Positions 45,785 through 55,163 of a stretch of DNA of 64,000 nucleotides are shown here, in pieces. The notes under the pieces are model-generated. The model was not told where the DNA came from. It ran no database searches and saw nothing but the letters and a program-made list of their open reading frames with translations. The stretch is from a virus (lineage: Duplodnaviria > Caudoviricetes), in the IMG/VR virus record IMGVR_UViG_3300021060_000011, positions 1 through 64,000 of that record. The stretch is one strand, 5' to 3'. The position numbers and the translations under genes are program-made. Position 1 is the first letter of the stretch, and the number at the start of each line of letters is the position of its first letter.

Positions 45785-46018
45785 ATGCGCGCTGTGTCGG
45801 GTGGCGAGATCGTGGCTAAGTTTCGTTTGAGCATGCGGTGTCACAACTGCCGGGCCAAAACGGCTAGCGTCGTTGAGGTGCCTGATGCGGATGGCGCTCC
45901 CACCGACGTGGACGACCTACTATCCAGCGCATTCCTGGCTCGCATCCCATTCCGCTGCGGAAAGTGCGAAAACCCAATTATGACGATCCTAAGCGTCAGC
46001 CCGCTACCGCTTCACTAA
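45785..46018 (+). CDS. LexA-regulated zinc-ribbon protein
   Basis: CHNC...CGKC; SOS box upstream. Confidence 0.65.
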   Translation: MRAVSGGEIVAKFRLSMRCHNCRAKTASVVEVPDADGAPTDVDDLLSSAFLARIPFRCGKCENPIMTILSVSPLPLH

Positions 46019-46032
46019 AAAAATCCTGCCCA

Positions 46033-46071
46033 CGATACGTTTCGTATTGACGTGATCCGATACGTTTCGTA
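46033..46071 (+). promoter_or_regulatory. OL operators flanking the pL -35 (TTGACG)
   Basis: CGATACGTTTCGTA-TTGACG-TGATC-CGATACGTTTCGTA; same architecture as OR. Confidence 0.9.
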
Positions 46072-46107
46072 ACGTAACTCCATCGCCGAACGCGGTGGAG
46101 CCCTTCC

Positions 46108-46362
46108 ATGACATTCCATTCCCTGACAATTGCACCTGGTTACAGCGACTTTGCGCATCGTAAAGTTGCCCATCTGAAGCGTGCCGGTCTTGTCTCTGCG
46201 GGCAAGACGGGATTCGGCCAAAACGGCGGCGCATGTCCTGACTGGCTGCGCTCTGAGCAGGAAGCCGAAGCAAAACGGCACGAGAAGCGCGCGAACCGCC
46301 CCGTTGGCGTTCAGCCTGACATTGAATGGTTTCAGCCTGCCCACTCTGACGTGGCGGCCTGA
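46108..46362 (+). CDS. first pL gene, hypothetical
   Basis: SD GGAG; position. Confidence 0.6.
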   Translation: MTFHSLTIAPGYSDFAHRKVAHLKRAGLVSAGKTGFGQNGGACPDWLRSEQEAEAKRHEKRANRPVGVQPDIEWFQPAHSDVAA

Positions 46363-46522
46363 GCTATGCGGGCCTATCTTCTCACTCTCCCACCCGATGA
46401 TGCGACTACTGTCTGCATCCTGACGGCCATGCTCGCGCCGGCATCTCTCGCCGTCGTCATGTTCGCATGGAGCCGCCTCGTGGCTCCGCGTTCCGTCTCC
46501 CCTCGTGTTGGGGGTTGAGACG

Positions 46523-46810
46523 ATGGCTGCGAAGCATACTCCGACGCCTTGGACCGCTGGAAACAGCGCCATCTTCGCCGGCAACAAGTGCATTGGCGTC
46601 ACCGACTGCGATAGCGTTTCGCGTAATATTGAGGCCGCCAACGCCGCCTTCATCGTCCGCGCCGTCAACAATCATGAGGCGCTGATGACCTTCGCTCAGA
46701 AGGTGATCAATGTTTCGGCCGGCGGCAAAGACACCGTCTCACTTCTAGTCAGCCTTCACGATCTAGCCGTCGAAGCTCTCAAGGTGGTTTCTGACGCGGA
46801 GGCCCTGTGA
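46523..46810 (+). CDS. hypothetical phage protein
   Basis: KHTPTPW...ANAAFIVRAVNNH motif. Confidence 0.75.
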   Translation: MAAKHTPTPWTAGNSAIFAGNKCIGVTDCDSVSRNIEAANAAFIVRAVNNHEALMTFAQKVINVSAGGKDTVSLLVSLHDLAVEALKVVSDAEAL

Positions 46811-47166
46811 TGCTGGCCCGCAATCCACTCGTTCAGACTGAAGCCTGGACCGATCTCGTAGACGGCCGCTCTGATCTCATCCGTGACGGCAAGCTTGTCG
46901 GTGGCATCTATCGCTACTTCGGCCGTTGGTATCCGCAGATCGTCCCGTCCGACGCTCATTCCCCGACGACCCGGCGCACTCTCGATAGCGCAGGCTACGA
47001 AAGCCGCCTCTCGGCGCAGATCCGCGTGGAAGACGCTGTGGCCGCCCTCAATGCCGACCCGAAGGTGCTCGACCCGCTTCTGAACGTTCGCCGCGTGGTC
47101 CTGCCCGGTGGTCCCGGCCGTGATCGGAACGACGAACACCGTCTCACCAAGAACCAGCTCGTTTAG
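46807..47166 (+). CDS. hypothetical protein
   Basis: coupled ORF. Confidence 0.6.
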   Translation: MMLARNPLVQTEAWTDLVDGRSDLIRDGKLVGGIYRYFGRWYPQIVPSDAHSPTTRRTLDSAGYESRLSAQIRVEDAVAALNADPKVLDPLLNVRRVVLPGGPGRDRNDEHRLTKNQLV

Positions 47167-47175
47167 GAGGCCGTC

Positions 47176-47664
47176 ATGGCAGCAAAGCTTTCGCTCGTTT
47201 CCAGTCCCATGACCGCAGCCGATGCGGCGAAGTCGTTCACCGCGTTCCGCGACATGGTTGGCCCCAAGGCCGATGTCTACGTGAGCCTCAATACGAGCCG
47301 TTACGGGCGGGAAACTGAGCCTTTGTCAATGTCGCTCTACAACCGTGGGAGCACCATGGACAAGCTCCTCTTCCGCGTCGATGCGAGCACCTTCGATGGC
47401 CTTCTTTCAGCCGCGCAGGCGAAGTGGGCCGAACACGAAGATCAGTATGCCATCGACACCATCAAGGCGATGGCGCTCGACATCATCCGCATCACCGACG
47501 AGCGCGGACATTGCTCCGATGCTGATCTGCGTGCCGGCGCCTTCGTGGATGACGAGGTGATCCGCTTCGGTGAGCAAGCCTGCGCCAAGGCTGCCGAGAT
47601 GGCAGCCAAGGGGCCGTTCAGCATCGTCGCCCTCGGTGGCTCTAATTGTGTGGGAGCCGCCTGA
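47176..47664 (+). CDS. hypothetical protein
   Basis: SD AGGAGG. Confidence 0.65.
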   Translation: MAAKLSLVSSPMTAADAAKSFTAFRDMVGPKADVYVSLNTSRYGRETEPLSMSLYNRGSTMDKLLFRVDASTFDGLLSAAQAKWAEHEDQYAIDTIKAMALDIIRITDERGHCSDADLRAGAFVDDEVIRFGEQACAKAAEMAAKGPFSIVALGGSNCVGAA

Positions 47665-47665
47665 C

Positions 47666-48244
47666 ATGAGCGCCGCACAGCAAGAGGTCGTGGTGGCCGA
47701 AGACGCGCCACGTCCGAAGGCCAAGGCCAAGCGCGCATTCGGCATCGTTCGTAACGCCGCGCTTGAACTGGAAGCCGCACAGGTTCTCCGCGATCAGATC
47801 GCCGATCTGGCCGGTGGGGACGAAGGCTTCATCCGCGACAGCTTGGAAGGCGAACTGGACCTCGACAGCCTCGTGGGCAAGCTCGTCGCCAGCATCGCCG
47901 AGGACGAGGCCCTTGCCGCTGGCCTGAAAGACCATTGCGAGGCTATGAACGCCCGGCTGCGACGCTTCACCGGGCGGGCCGACGACAAGCGCGCCCTACT
48001 CGTGAAGACGCTGGAGATTGCGGGTCGCCCCAGCATCGAGACGCCAGCCGGCACCGTGTCGATGCGCCCCGTGCCGCCGAAGGTGGTCGAGGCCGACGCC
48101 TCCGAAATCCCGTCCGAGTTCTGGACGCCCTCTCCGCCGAAGCTGGATCGCAAGGCGCTCCTCGAAGCCCTCAAGGCCGGACGCATCGTGCCCGGCGCCT
48201 CCCTCAGCAACGGCGGCCAGACCGTCGCCATCAAGAAGAGCTAG
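47666..48244 (+). CDS. Siphovirus Gp157 family protein
   Basis: coiled coil then T..GTVS.R..PPKV...IPSEFW....KLDRK.L.EALKAG..VPGA.L. Confidence 0.85.
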   Translation: MSAAQQEVVVAEDAPRPKAKAKRAFGIVRNAALELEAAQVLRDQIADLAGGDEGFIRDSLEGELDLDSLVGKLVASIAEDEALAAGLKDHCEAMNARLRRFTGRADDKRALLVKTLEIAGRPSIETPAGTVSMRPVPPKVVEADASEIPSEFWTPSPPKLDRKALLEALKAGRIVPGASLSNGGQTVAIKKS

Positions 48245-48247
48245 GCC

Positions 48248-49231
48248 ATGTCGAGCGTCAGCACCCTGCCGTCCGCCTCGTCCTTCGACGCGCGCCAGAT
48301 GGCCCTCATCCGCCGGACCGTCGCGGCCGACACGAACGACGATGAGTTCAACCAGTTTGCCTGGACGGCTCGTCACCTCAATCTCGATCCACTGCGTCGG
48401 CAGATCTATGCCTTCGTCTACAACAAGACGAACCCGTCGAAGCGGCGCATGTCGATCATCGTGGCCATCGACGGCTTCCGCACGATTGCCGACCGGACGG
48501 GCGCGTATCGTCCCGACGAGGACGAGCCGACCTTCGAGATCGACCCTGACCTGAAGGGGCCAGCGAACCCGGCCGGGCTGATCAAGGCGACCGTCCGTGT
48601 CTGGAAGTTCGCCCATGGTGCTTGGCACAAGGTCACGGCATCGGCCTACTGGGAGGAATACGCCCCCCTGACCCAACAGTGGTCGGAAGTCGTTCGCCGC
48701 GACACCGGGCAGACGTGGCCCGACGGAAAGCCGAAGTTCGACGTGCAGCCCGCCGAGGGCGCCAAGCAGATCTGGAAGCTCGACACGTCCGGCAACTGGG
48801 GGAAGATGCCCCGCCTCATGCTGGCGAAAGTCGCCGAGGCCCTGGCGCTGCGCAAGGCGTGGCCCGACGATCTCGGCAACGTCTATGCTGCCGAAGAGGT
48901 GGACCGGACACGCGTCGTAGACATGCTGCCGTCTGAGGCAGCGGCCGACGGCGCGGCGCAAGATCGCCTGGAGCGGATCGGCGCTGGCAAGGCCATCCTC
49001 ACGTCGTGGGAGCCGAACGCACCGCTGGAGAACGTCCCCGTGGGGCAGTTCGCGGATCGTGCCCTCGCCTTCCTTCGCCGGCATCGCGATGAGCCGTCCG
49101 CCATCGCCGGCTGGAAGGCCCGCAATACCGAGGGGCTTCGCTTGTTTTGGGGTCATGCCCCCGGCGATGCCCTGGAACTGAAAAAGGCCATCGAAAAAGC
49201 CCTATCCGAAGACGCGGAGGTGTCATCGTGA
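48248..49231 (+). CDS. bet: single-strand annealing recombinase Bet/RecT family
   Basis: LDPLRRQIY, IDGFR.IA.RTG.Y, W.KMP..MLAK.AE..ALRKAWP. Confidence 0.9.
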   Translation: MSSVSTLPSASSFDARQMALIRRTVAADTNDDEFNQFAWTARHLNLDPLRRQIYAFVYNKTNPSKRRMSIIVAIDGFRTIADRTGAYRPDEDEPTFEIDPDLKGPANPAGLIKATVRVWKFAHGAWHKVTASAYWEEYAPLTQQWSEVVRRDTGQTWPDGKPKFDVQPAEGAKQIWKLDTSGNWGKMPRLMLAKVAEALALRKAWPDDLGNVYAAEEVDRTRVVDMLPSEAAADGAAQDRLERIGAGKAILTSWEPNAPLENVPVGQFADRALAFLRRHRDEPSAIAGWKARNTEGLRLFWGHAPGDALELKKAIEKALSEDAEVSS

Positions 49232-49650
49232 CCCGGCCGCACCTTTTCCTCACCGACCCTGAAGTTCGGCAGCGCGCAGTCCGCTGGATTATGGCCGCCC
49301 CTCACGGAATGCGCGTCGAGTTCCGCGAGCCGAAGCGTTCAGACGAGCAGAACCGGAAGCTTTGGGCATCCCTCAACGACGTGTCCAAGCAAGTCGAATG
49401 GTACGGCACGAAGCTGCCCCCAGAAGACTGGAAGGACATGTTTACAGCGTCCCTGCGGAAGGCCCGCCTTGTTCCCGGCATCGACGCTGGAACTTTCGTC
49501 CCGCTCGGCATGCGCACGTCCGACATGACGAAGAAGGAGATGAGCGATCTCCTTGAACTGATTATGGCTTTCGGCGCCGAGCGCGGCGTCACCTTCCACG
49601 ACGACGTTTCTCCGGCCGTTCTCTCCCGTGAAGCAGGAAGGGCGGCATGA
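49228..49650 (+). CDS. ninB: NinB/Orf recombination mediator
   Basis: KRS.EQN.KLWA.L.DVSKQV.W.G, EDWK..F, RTS.M...EM.DL.E...AFG.E.GV. Confidence 0.9.
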   Translation: MTRPHLFLTDPEVRQRAVRWIMAAPHGMRVEFREPKRSDEQNRKLWASLNDVSKQVEWYGTKLPPEDWKDMFTASLRKARLVPGIDAGTFVPLGMRTSDMTKKEMSDLLELIMAFGAERGVTFHDDVSPAVLSREAGRAA

Positions 49651-50132
49651 AGCCCGAACCCCGCCGCGCCGTCCCTATGCGTGTCCAGCGCGATCTTGCG
49701 CTGAAGCTCGCGGGCGACCTGATGAAGAAGCTCGGCATGATCCCGGTGGAGATCAGCCCGGCCTTCGAACTGGATCATGTGCCGGCGCTGGCGTTGCGCG
49801 CCATCGGCCCGAACGGCCAGCACGTGCCCCACCAGCATGATCCCGCGCACCTCGTATGGATGACGAAGGAGGCGCACGCTGCCAAGACCTTCGGGACGGG
49901 CGCCACCACTCGCGGTGCTGATGCCGGAGACATCGCCCATCTTCGCAGACTAAACGCGAAGGAACTGGCGTTTCAGGCGCGGCTCATGGCGCGCGACACG
50001 GGCGAAGAACTTCCCATCACGAAGCGCAAAGTCACGATCCCAGCGCGGCCCAAGAAAGACCGTCGCCAACAGAACTCCGCCACCCGCCCTCTCTCCAAGC
50101 CCCCGGTTACCCGAAGGGATCTCCAGTCATGA
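49647..50132 (+). CDS. HNH-like nuclease (degenerate)
   Basis: E.DH.P.L...H..KT....D motif. Confidence 0.55.
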   Translation: MKPEPRRAVPMRVQRDLALKLAGDLMKKLGMIPVEISPAFELDHVPALALRAIGPNGQHVPHQHDPAHLVWMTKEAHAAKTFGTGATTRGADAGDIAHLRRLNAKELAFQARLMARDTGEELPITKRKVTIPARPKKDRRQQNSATRPLSKPPVTRRDLQS

Positions 50133-50620
50133 GCGTTGCCGCCCCTCCCTCTCCGCGCGGCTTCGCCGCTATCGGCCTTTTCAGGCCCAAGACGCCGCAG
50201 AATGTCGGGGGCGTGCTTCGTGCAGCCCACGTCTACGGCGCGGCCATGGTCGCCATCCAGGGCGACCGGACGCCGGTCCGCAGTCATCAGGACACCACGA
50301 AGGCTTACCGGCACATTCCGATCCTGCGCGGCGACGACCTGTTCGCCCTGTCGCCGTTCGATTGCGTGCCGGTGGCCGTCGATCTCGTGGACGGCGCGAC
50401 GTCGCTGCCGTTCTTCGTCCATCCCGAGCGGGCGTTCTACGTCTTCGGTCCGGAGGACGGCACTCTGGGACGGCAGCACTTGGACCGTTGCCGCCACCGC
50501 GTGATGGTCCCCACCCGCTACTGCATGAACCTCGCCGCGACCGTGAATGTGGTCCTCTACGACCGCGCCGCGAAGGCTGCGCGCGCCTCCCACGCTCCGG
50601 CTCATGAGGTGGCGGCATGA
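50129..50620 (+). CDS. SpoU/TrmH-family RNA 2'-O-methyltransferase
   Basis: PK.PQNVG.VLRA, YVFGPEDG, MNLAATV.VVLYDR. Confidence 0.88.
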   Translation: MSVAAPPSPRGFAAIGLFRPKTPQNVGGVLRAAHVYGAAMVAIQGDRTPVRSHQDTTKAYRHIPILRGDDLFALSPFDCVPVAVDLVDGATSLPFFVHPERAFYVFGPEDGTLGRQHLDRCRHRVMVPTRYCMNLAATVNVVLYDRAAKAARASHAPAHEVAA

Positions 50621-51939
50621 CCACCCAAACTCTTTCCGAAGCCGGCCAGAAGCTCGCGGATGCGCTGCGAACCAGCGGCATTCTCTGGATGGACGAGCGT
50701 TCCGATATCAAAACAGCGGGCAGCGAGACGATTGTGCCGCCGCGCTTCCTCAACACCGCCGCCGCGCTCCTCTTCACCCCACCTGAGGGAGAGGGTGCGG
50801 GTGACAAAACAAGATTACAGGCGATCTGCGAAGACGTGGAGCGCGAACTTGGCTGCGGCGGGCTGAGCGGGGTCGGCATCATCTACGGCGATTTCGCTCG
50901 TGAAGTCGCTCGTCGCTACGCCGCCCTCGCCAGCCCGCAACCCGCCGTACAAGGGCTGGTCGCGGCGGGGGTGTCCAATGAGGCCGTGGAGGCCGCGAGC
51001 GCGGCGTTCTACGACACCATGATCGGATCGGAGCGCGAGTTCTGGCCGCACCACGACGGCTGGGCTGGCAAGAACGAGGCGTTCAAGACCAGGGTGCGCG
51101 GCAGAATGCGGACGGCTCTGGAGGCCGCCACCCTCACGCCCCCGGCAGACCCCAAGACGCCGGATGCCGGGGTGGGGTCAATTGATACCAGCCTTGACGT
51201 ACTGATTGATGGCGTCATCAGGGATTATCCCGTCATCCAAGAGACCCTGCGCAAGTCCGAAGGGATCGCCCAACCCGCCCCGGCGGGTGAAGACGATACG
51301 GGGGTGCGGGAGGCGCTGGCACCGTTCGCTGCCTTCAACGATGCGGCGACGTTCCCTGGCTCCACGTGGTCGAAGGAGCCTGACAGCGCCAACGCGCGGG
51401 ATATCGTCGGCATCAGCGCGCCGCTTACGGTCGGCATGTTTCGCGCCGCTTCTGTCGCCCTCGCCCCCCAACCGCCCAAGGCCGAGACGCCGGCAGGAGT
51501 GGTGCTAGACGGCCTGACGCTCGAACAGTTGATCCATAACTACGGCGCGGCCGAATACAACGCGGCGGTGGACGCCAACGAAGGCGCAGAACCTGAGCAC
51601 TACGAGCAGAAGATCGCAGAAGCTAAAGCGAAGCTCATGCAGGGCATCGCCGCCCTCTCCACCGCCCCAGCGGCACGGCCAGGAGACGGGGTGGAGGCCG
51701 ATAAGGACCGGCTGGATTGGCTGGAAAAGGCCGCCCGCAAGAGTCGTAGCGGCATCTCGTTCGATCACATCCCGTCCGTCGAGGGTGAGCGGTCCGGCTT
51801 CCGCTTCATGCGCAAGTTCTTCATCGGCGACGCGCGCGACACTCTGCGCTCGGCCATCGACGCCGCACGTGGCGAGGTCGAGCAAATGCAGCGCCGTGAA
51901 CTCGTCGCCGCACCGGCCGCTGACGGAGGGCGGGGCTGA
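50617..51939 (+). CDS. mosaic Ead/Ea22-like accessory protein
   Basis: several unrelated short modules separated by Ala/Pro linkers; D..RLDWL...LR.AIDAA module. Confidence 0.65.
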   Translation: MTTQTLSEAGQKLADALRTSGILWMDERSDIKTAGSETIVPPRFLNTAAALLFTPPEGEGAGDKTRLQAICEDVERELGCGGLSGVGIIYGDFAREVARRYAALASPQPAVQGLVAAGVSNEAVEAASAAFYDTMIGSEREFWPHHDGWAGKNEAFKTRVRGRMRTALEAATLTPPADPKTPDAGVGSIDTSLDVLIDGVIRDYPVIQETLRKSEGIAQPAPAGEDDTGVREALAPFAAFNDAATFPGSTWSKEPDSANARDIVGISAPLTVGMFRAASVALAPQPPKAETPAGVVLDGLTLEQLIHNYGAAEYNAAVDANEGAEPEHYEQKIAEAKAKLMQGIAALSTAPAARPGDGVEADKDRLDWLEKAARKSRSGISFDHIPSVEGERSGFRFMRKFFIGDARDTLRSAIDAARGEVEQMQRRELVAAPAADGGRG

Positions 51940-52397
51940 TGTCACCCCTTCAGTATCGCCGCTGGTACGACTTCGCTCGCCGTATGGCGCTGCGCACGAT
52001 GGATGTCACGCCCGCACGGCGTGCCAAGATCGCCAAAGAGATCAGGCACATTCTATGGATACTCGAAAACGACATCTCGGAAATCGAAAGCTGGGACGGT
52101 CCGGGATGCTACGTTGGCGATGAGGTCAGTCGCCTCCTGTACGACGCTGGTCACAACGACGAGCGTCAGTTTAAGAACGGTAGCGTCGAGCAAATAGAAC
52201 ATCGCTTCATCAGTCAGGTCTCTTGCTGCATCCGCGCGGGGCTAGATGTTGCCTTAGAGCCATCAGGGGGCGTGCTCGGTTGGACTGTGGGCGATCTACG
52301 CCAGATGTACCCGCTTGGCCTGCCGGCTTGGGTCGCGGCTTATTTTGTCGAACCCATCACAGCCGAGACGCCCTCCGAGATGGGGGTATGGCTATGA
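51939..52397 (+). CDS. hypothetical protein (lower GC)
   Basis: TGATG overlap. Confidence 0.65.
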   Translation: MSPLQYRRWYDFARRMALRTMDVTPARRAKIAKEIRHILWILENDISEIESWDGPGCYVGDEVSRLLYDAGHNDERQFKNGSVEQIEHRFISQVSCCIRAGLDVALEPSGGVLGWTVGDLRQMYPLGLPAWVAAYFVEPITAETPSEMGVWL

Positions 52398-52924
52398 CTT
52401 TCGCCCCCGAAGACCAGAACGGCCTGCGCGAGGCGCTGGCGAGGGCGATCCGTGCGTGGGCGAACCGTTTCGGCGCGTTGCGTCCATGGTCCTCACTCGC
52501 GGACCATCTCATCGCCGGCCCCCTCGCCTCGCTCATCGCCGAACGGGATGCAGCCAACAAAGTCTGCGACATGGCGGCCATGTCCGGCGGCTTCTACTCA
52601 CGCACAGCCGAGAACATGGAGCGCCGCGCCCTCGCCGCCGAAGCCGAGATCACCCGCCTCAAGGAGGGGATGGAGGCGCTGAGGCAGCTCAGCGACGTGG
52701 CGGCGCCGGGAGACTGGTCTGTGTCCGGGGTCCGGCGGCGCGTAGACGAAGCGAGTTGCGTCATCATCGACGCGCCTTCGTGCCCCGTACTGCTCGCGCT
52801 TCCGACAGGCAATGGCGTCCAAGCCCTCGAAGCCTTGCGCGACGCCAAGCTCGCCGTCGCCGCTGTCAATTTTGTCCGCGCCGCCCTCGCAACCCTCTCC
52901 CCGAAGGAGCACCCCCATGGCTGA
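52394..52924 (+). CDS. Ead/Ea22-like hypothetical protein
   Basis: RA.AAEAE..RL coiled coil; A.PG.W...DA...AA.N motif. Confidence 0.6.
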   Translation: MTFAPEDQNGLREALARAIRAWANRFGALRPWSSLADHLIAGPLASLIAERDAANKVCDMAAMSGGFYSRTAENMERRALAAEAEITRLKEGMEALRQLSDVAAPGDWSVSGVRRRVDEASCVIIDAPSCPVLLALPTGNGVQALEALRDAKLAVAAVNFVRAALATLSPKEHPHG

Positions 52925-53507
52925 GACAACGAGCGCGCCGAGCTTGCGGGAGCTTTCCGAGGCGGCGACGCAGGGCGAGCTAAACTATCCGAATTGGGGC
53001 ACGGATTTTAGGGCCGGTACGGTCTTGGTGGGGATGACGAGCCCAGCCTTCGAGGGGAATGGCAGAGCCAACCGGGCATACATCTGCCGCCTCTGGAACG
53101 ACCACCGCGCCAACCGCCTCATCGATCCCACCACCCTAACCGAGGCTATCGCCTCCGCACGGGCTGAGGGCGTCCGCGAGGGGCTGGAGCGGGCGGCGGG
53201 GATGGAGGGCCGCTTCTGGCTTGAACTACGCGAGCCCCGGCGCGTGCCCGAGCGCAAAGGATCATGGCCGCGAGCCGACATCGCAAAGGTGCTCCGCGAG
53301 TTCATGGCGGCCCGGCCTCAGGCCTACATCACCGTCGTCACCATGGGACCGGACGGGCCGCACTTCGATGATGGCCCCGAGACGCTTCAGATGGCCGACG
53401 CCCGGTCCATGTCTACGGGGCGCCAGCACATCGAGCGCGTCCGTGCCGCTCACGGGTCCCGCGAGGATGTTGCGACCCTCACCCCCGGAGGCCGGACCGA
53501 TGGTTAA
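52917..53507 (+). CDS. Ead/Ea22-like hypothetical protein
   Basis: LRELSEAATQG; AR.EG.REGLERAA. Confidence 0.6.
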   Translation: MAETTSAPSLRELSEAATQGELNYPNWGTDFRAGTVLVGMTSPAFEGNGRANRAYICRLWNDHRANRLIDPTTLTEAIASARAEGVREGLERAAGMEGRFWLELREPRRVPERKGSWPRADIAKVLREFMAARPQAYITVVTMGPDGPHFDDGPETLQMADARSMSTGRQHIERVRAAHGSREDVATLTPGGRTDG

Positions 53508-53808
53508 GGGCACGGGACTGACGGGAGCCCTAGAGCGCTTTAATAGGATCGCCAAGGCCGTCGGCGCTCCTCGACCAGGCAGCAACCATCTACCGTTGCT
53601 GGAGGTCGCCTCTGGCGATGGCAGGGTTACCGTCCTAGGCGAAGAATTGGATGCTCTTCATAGGGCCGGATGGCTCACGGCCTGCCCGGACCCTGACGTG
53701 ACGGTCATAGACGGTGGGTCAGAATTCGGGGAGGTCGACTGCGACCACCTTTGGACCATCACTCCCGCCGGCCGCGCCGCCCTCGCTGAACGCGGAGGGG
53801 CGGAGTGA
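53500..53808 (+). CDS. small winged-helix-like protein
   Basis: L.AL.R.GW...WTITPAGRAAL. Confidence 0.55.
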   Translation: MVKGTGLTGALERFNRIAKAVGAPRPGSNHLPLLEVASGDGRVTVLGEELDALHRAGWLTACPDPDVTVIDGGSEFGEVDCDHLWTITPAGRAALAERGGAE

Positions 53809-54344
53809 TGACGAACGACGACGCTTTCATGGTCCTGGCCGGCGTCCGCTACTGCCTCGGCCGCCACAGCTACGCGCCGAGCCTGTGCTGCGATTGGCTC
53901 AAGCTGAAATGGCCGACCTTCGCCGAAGCCGACAAGGCTCAGATCGTCCGCGCGATCCAGGCCCGCGTGGCTGAGGACGGGGCGAACGAAAGCCGCGCCG
54001 GTATCCATAGCTGGGAAACGGACCTCCGAACTTGGCGGGACTTTCTCGAATGGCAGGCCCGGCCGCCATTCCGCACCGGTGACGTCGTTCAGCACGGCCC
54101 GACGGGCGAGAGATGGGTGATCTCCTACGCGGAGCCAGCCACCGGCTACCTGTCCTGGCTCGGTTCGCCCGATGGCGAGGCCAAGATCGCAGACTGCATC
54201 TTGGTCGAGGCCGTCAGCGACGAGGAGCATCACACCATCCTCCGTAACCTCATCAAAGCGGGCGGCTTCCGCGCCGTTCGCGCCCGCCGCCTCTACGGCG
54301 ATCCGCCCTCCCCTCCCGCGCTGCCGACCGGAGCCGACGCATGA
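53805..54344 (+). CDS. two-domain hypothetical protein
   Basis: RYCLGR.SY domain fused to TGD.V.H.PTGE.W domain. Confidence 0.65.
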   Translation: MMTNDDAFMVLAGVRYCLGRHSYAPSLCCDWLKLKWPTFAEADKAQIVRAIQARVAEDGANESRAGIHSWETDLRTWRDFLEWQARPPFRTGDVVQHGPTGERWVISYAEPATGYLSWLGSPDGEAKIADCILVEAVSDEEHHTILRNLIKAGGFRAVRARRLYGDPPSPPALPTGADA

Positions 54345-54565
54345 AACAGATCACGCTGAACATCGACAGCTCGGCGATGTTCGACCTGGTGAAGCGGGCG
54401 GATGACAACGGCGCCGCGCTCGGTTCTCGCCTCGTGATGATGCTCATGACGAGCGGCGAGATGAGTGTGATCGAGGCAATCGGTCTCGCCGTCTATGGCG
54501 TTACCGTCACGGACGTCCGTGACGTCCCGGCCGGCGTCGCTCCCGTTGAGGGGGGCTCGGCATGA
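54341..54565 (+). CDS. hypothetical protein
   Basis: ATGA-coupled. Confidence 0.6.
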   Translation: MKQITLNIDSSAMFDLVKRADDNGAALGSRLVMMLMTSGEMSVIEAIGLAVYGVTVTDVRDVPAGVAPVEGGSA

Positions 54566-54834
54566 GGTGGATCGCCTACACCGCATCCATCGCAGTCGGA
54601 GCCGCGATCGCGTTCGGCATTGCCGCGACCAAGCCGGCCGGAAGTGGTGCGCCTGCCCCATACCGAATCTTCCGCGTCTACGACGGGACCATCTCGCAGC
54701 TCGGCGTCTGGCATGACCTTGATACGGGCTGCCAGTACCTCTCCTATCGGAAGGAGACGGGCCTGACGCCCCGCCTCAACATCGACGGCTCGCCCCTCTG
54801 CATCGGCCCTCTGCCCCAGCAGCCTGCGCCTTGA
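54562..54834 (+). CDS. membrane-anchored protein (DUF6440-like)
   Basis: N-terminal TM; D.DTGCQYL......GLTPRL..DG.P. Confidence 0.65.
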   Translation: MRWIAYTASIAVGAAIAFGIAATKPAGSGAPAPYRIFRVYDGTISQLGVWHDLDTGCQYLSYRKETGLTPRLNIDGSPLCIGPLPQQPAP

Positions 54835-54881
54835 TGCCCGAGCCACGCCCTCCCCTCCTTTTCACAGCCCGGAGCTGACGC

Positions 54882-55160
54882 ATGACGACCAAGACCACCT
54901 TCATCGAGCGCCTCGGGCTGCTCTTTTCCGATGGGTCGATGGGCATCGGCTCCGAACACACGAAGATCGAAGCGCACCGCGAAGATGCGCTGCTCGCCGA
55001 CAAGCATGAGACCCATCCAGACCATTTCACGAAGGTGGTGCGTGTCCGCGTCGAGGTCGTCGAGGTCGTCGAGATCCCGACCGCCGGAAAGCTCCCGGCC
55101 AAGACCAAGGGCCCGTGCCCGACCTGCGGCCACGTGCATGCCCCGGCGAAGGCGGCTTGA
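54882..55160 (+). CDS. hypothetical protein with C-terminal CPTCGH
   Basis: SD GGAG. Confidence 0.6.
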   Translation: MTTKTTFIERLGLLFSDGSMGIGSEHTKIEAHREDALLADKHETHPDHFTKVVRVRVEVVEVVEIPTAGKLPAKTKGPCPTCGHVHAPAKAA

Positions 55161-55163
55161 GCC

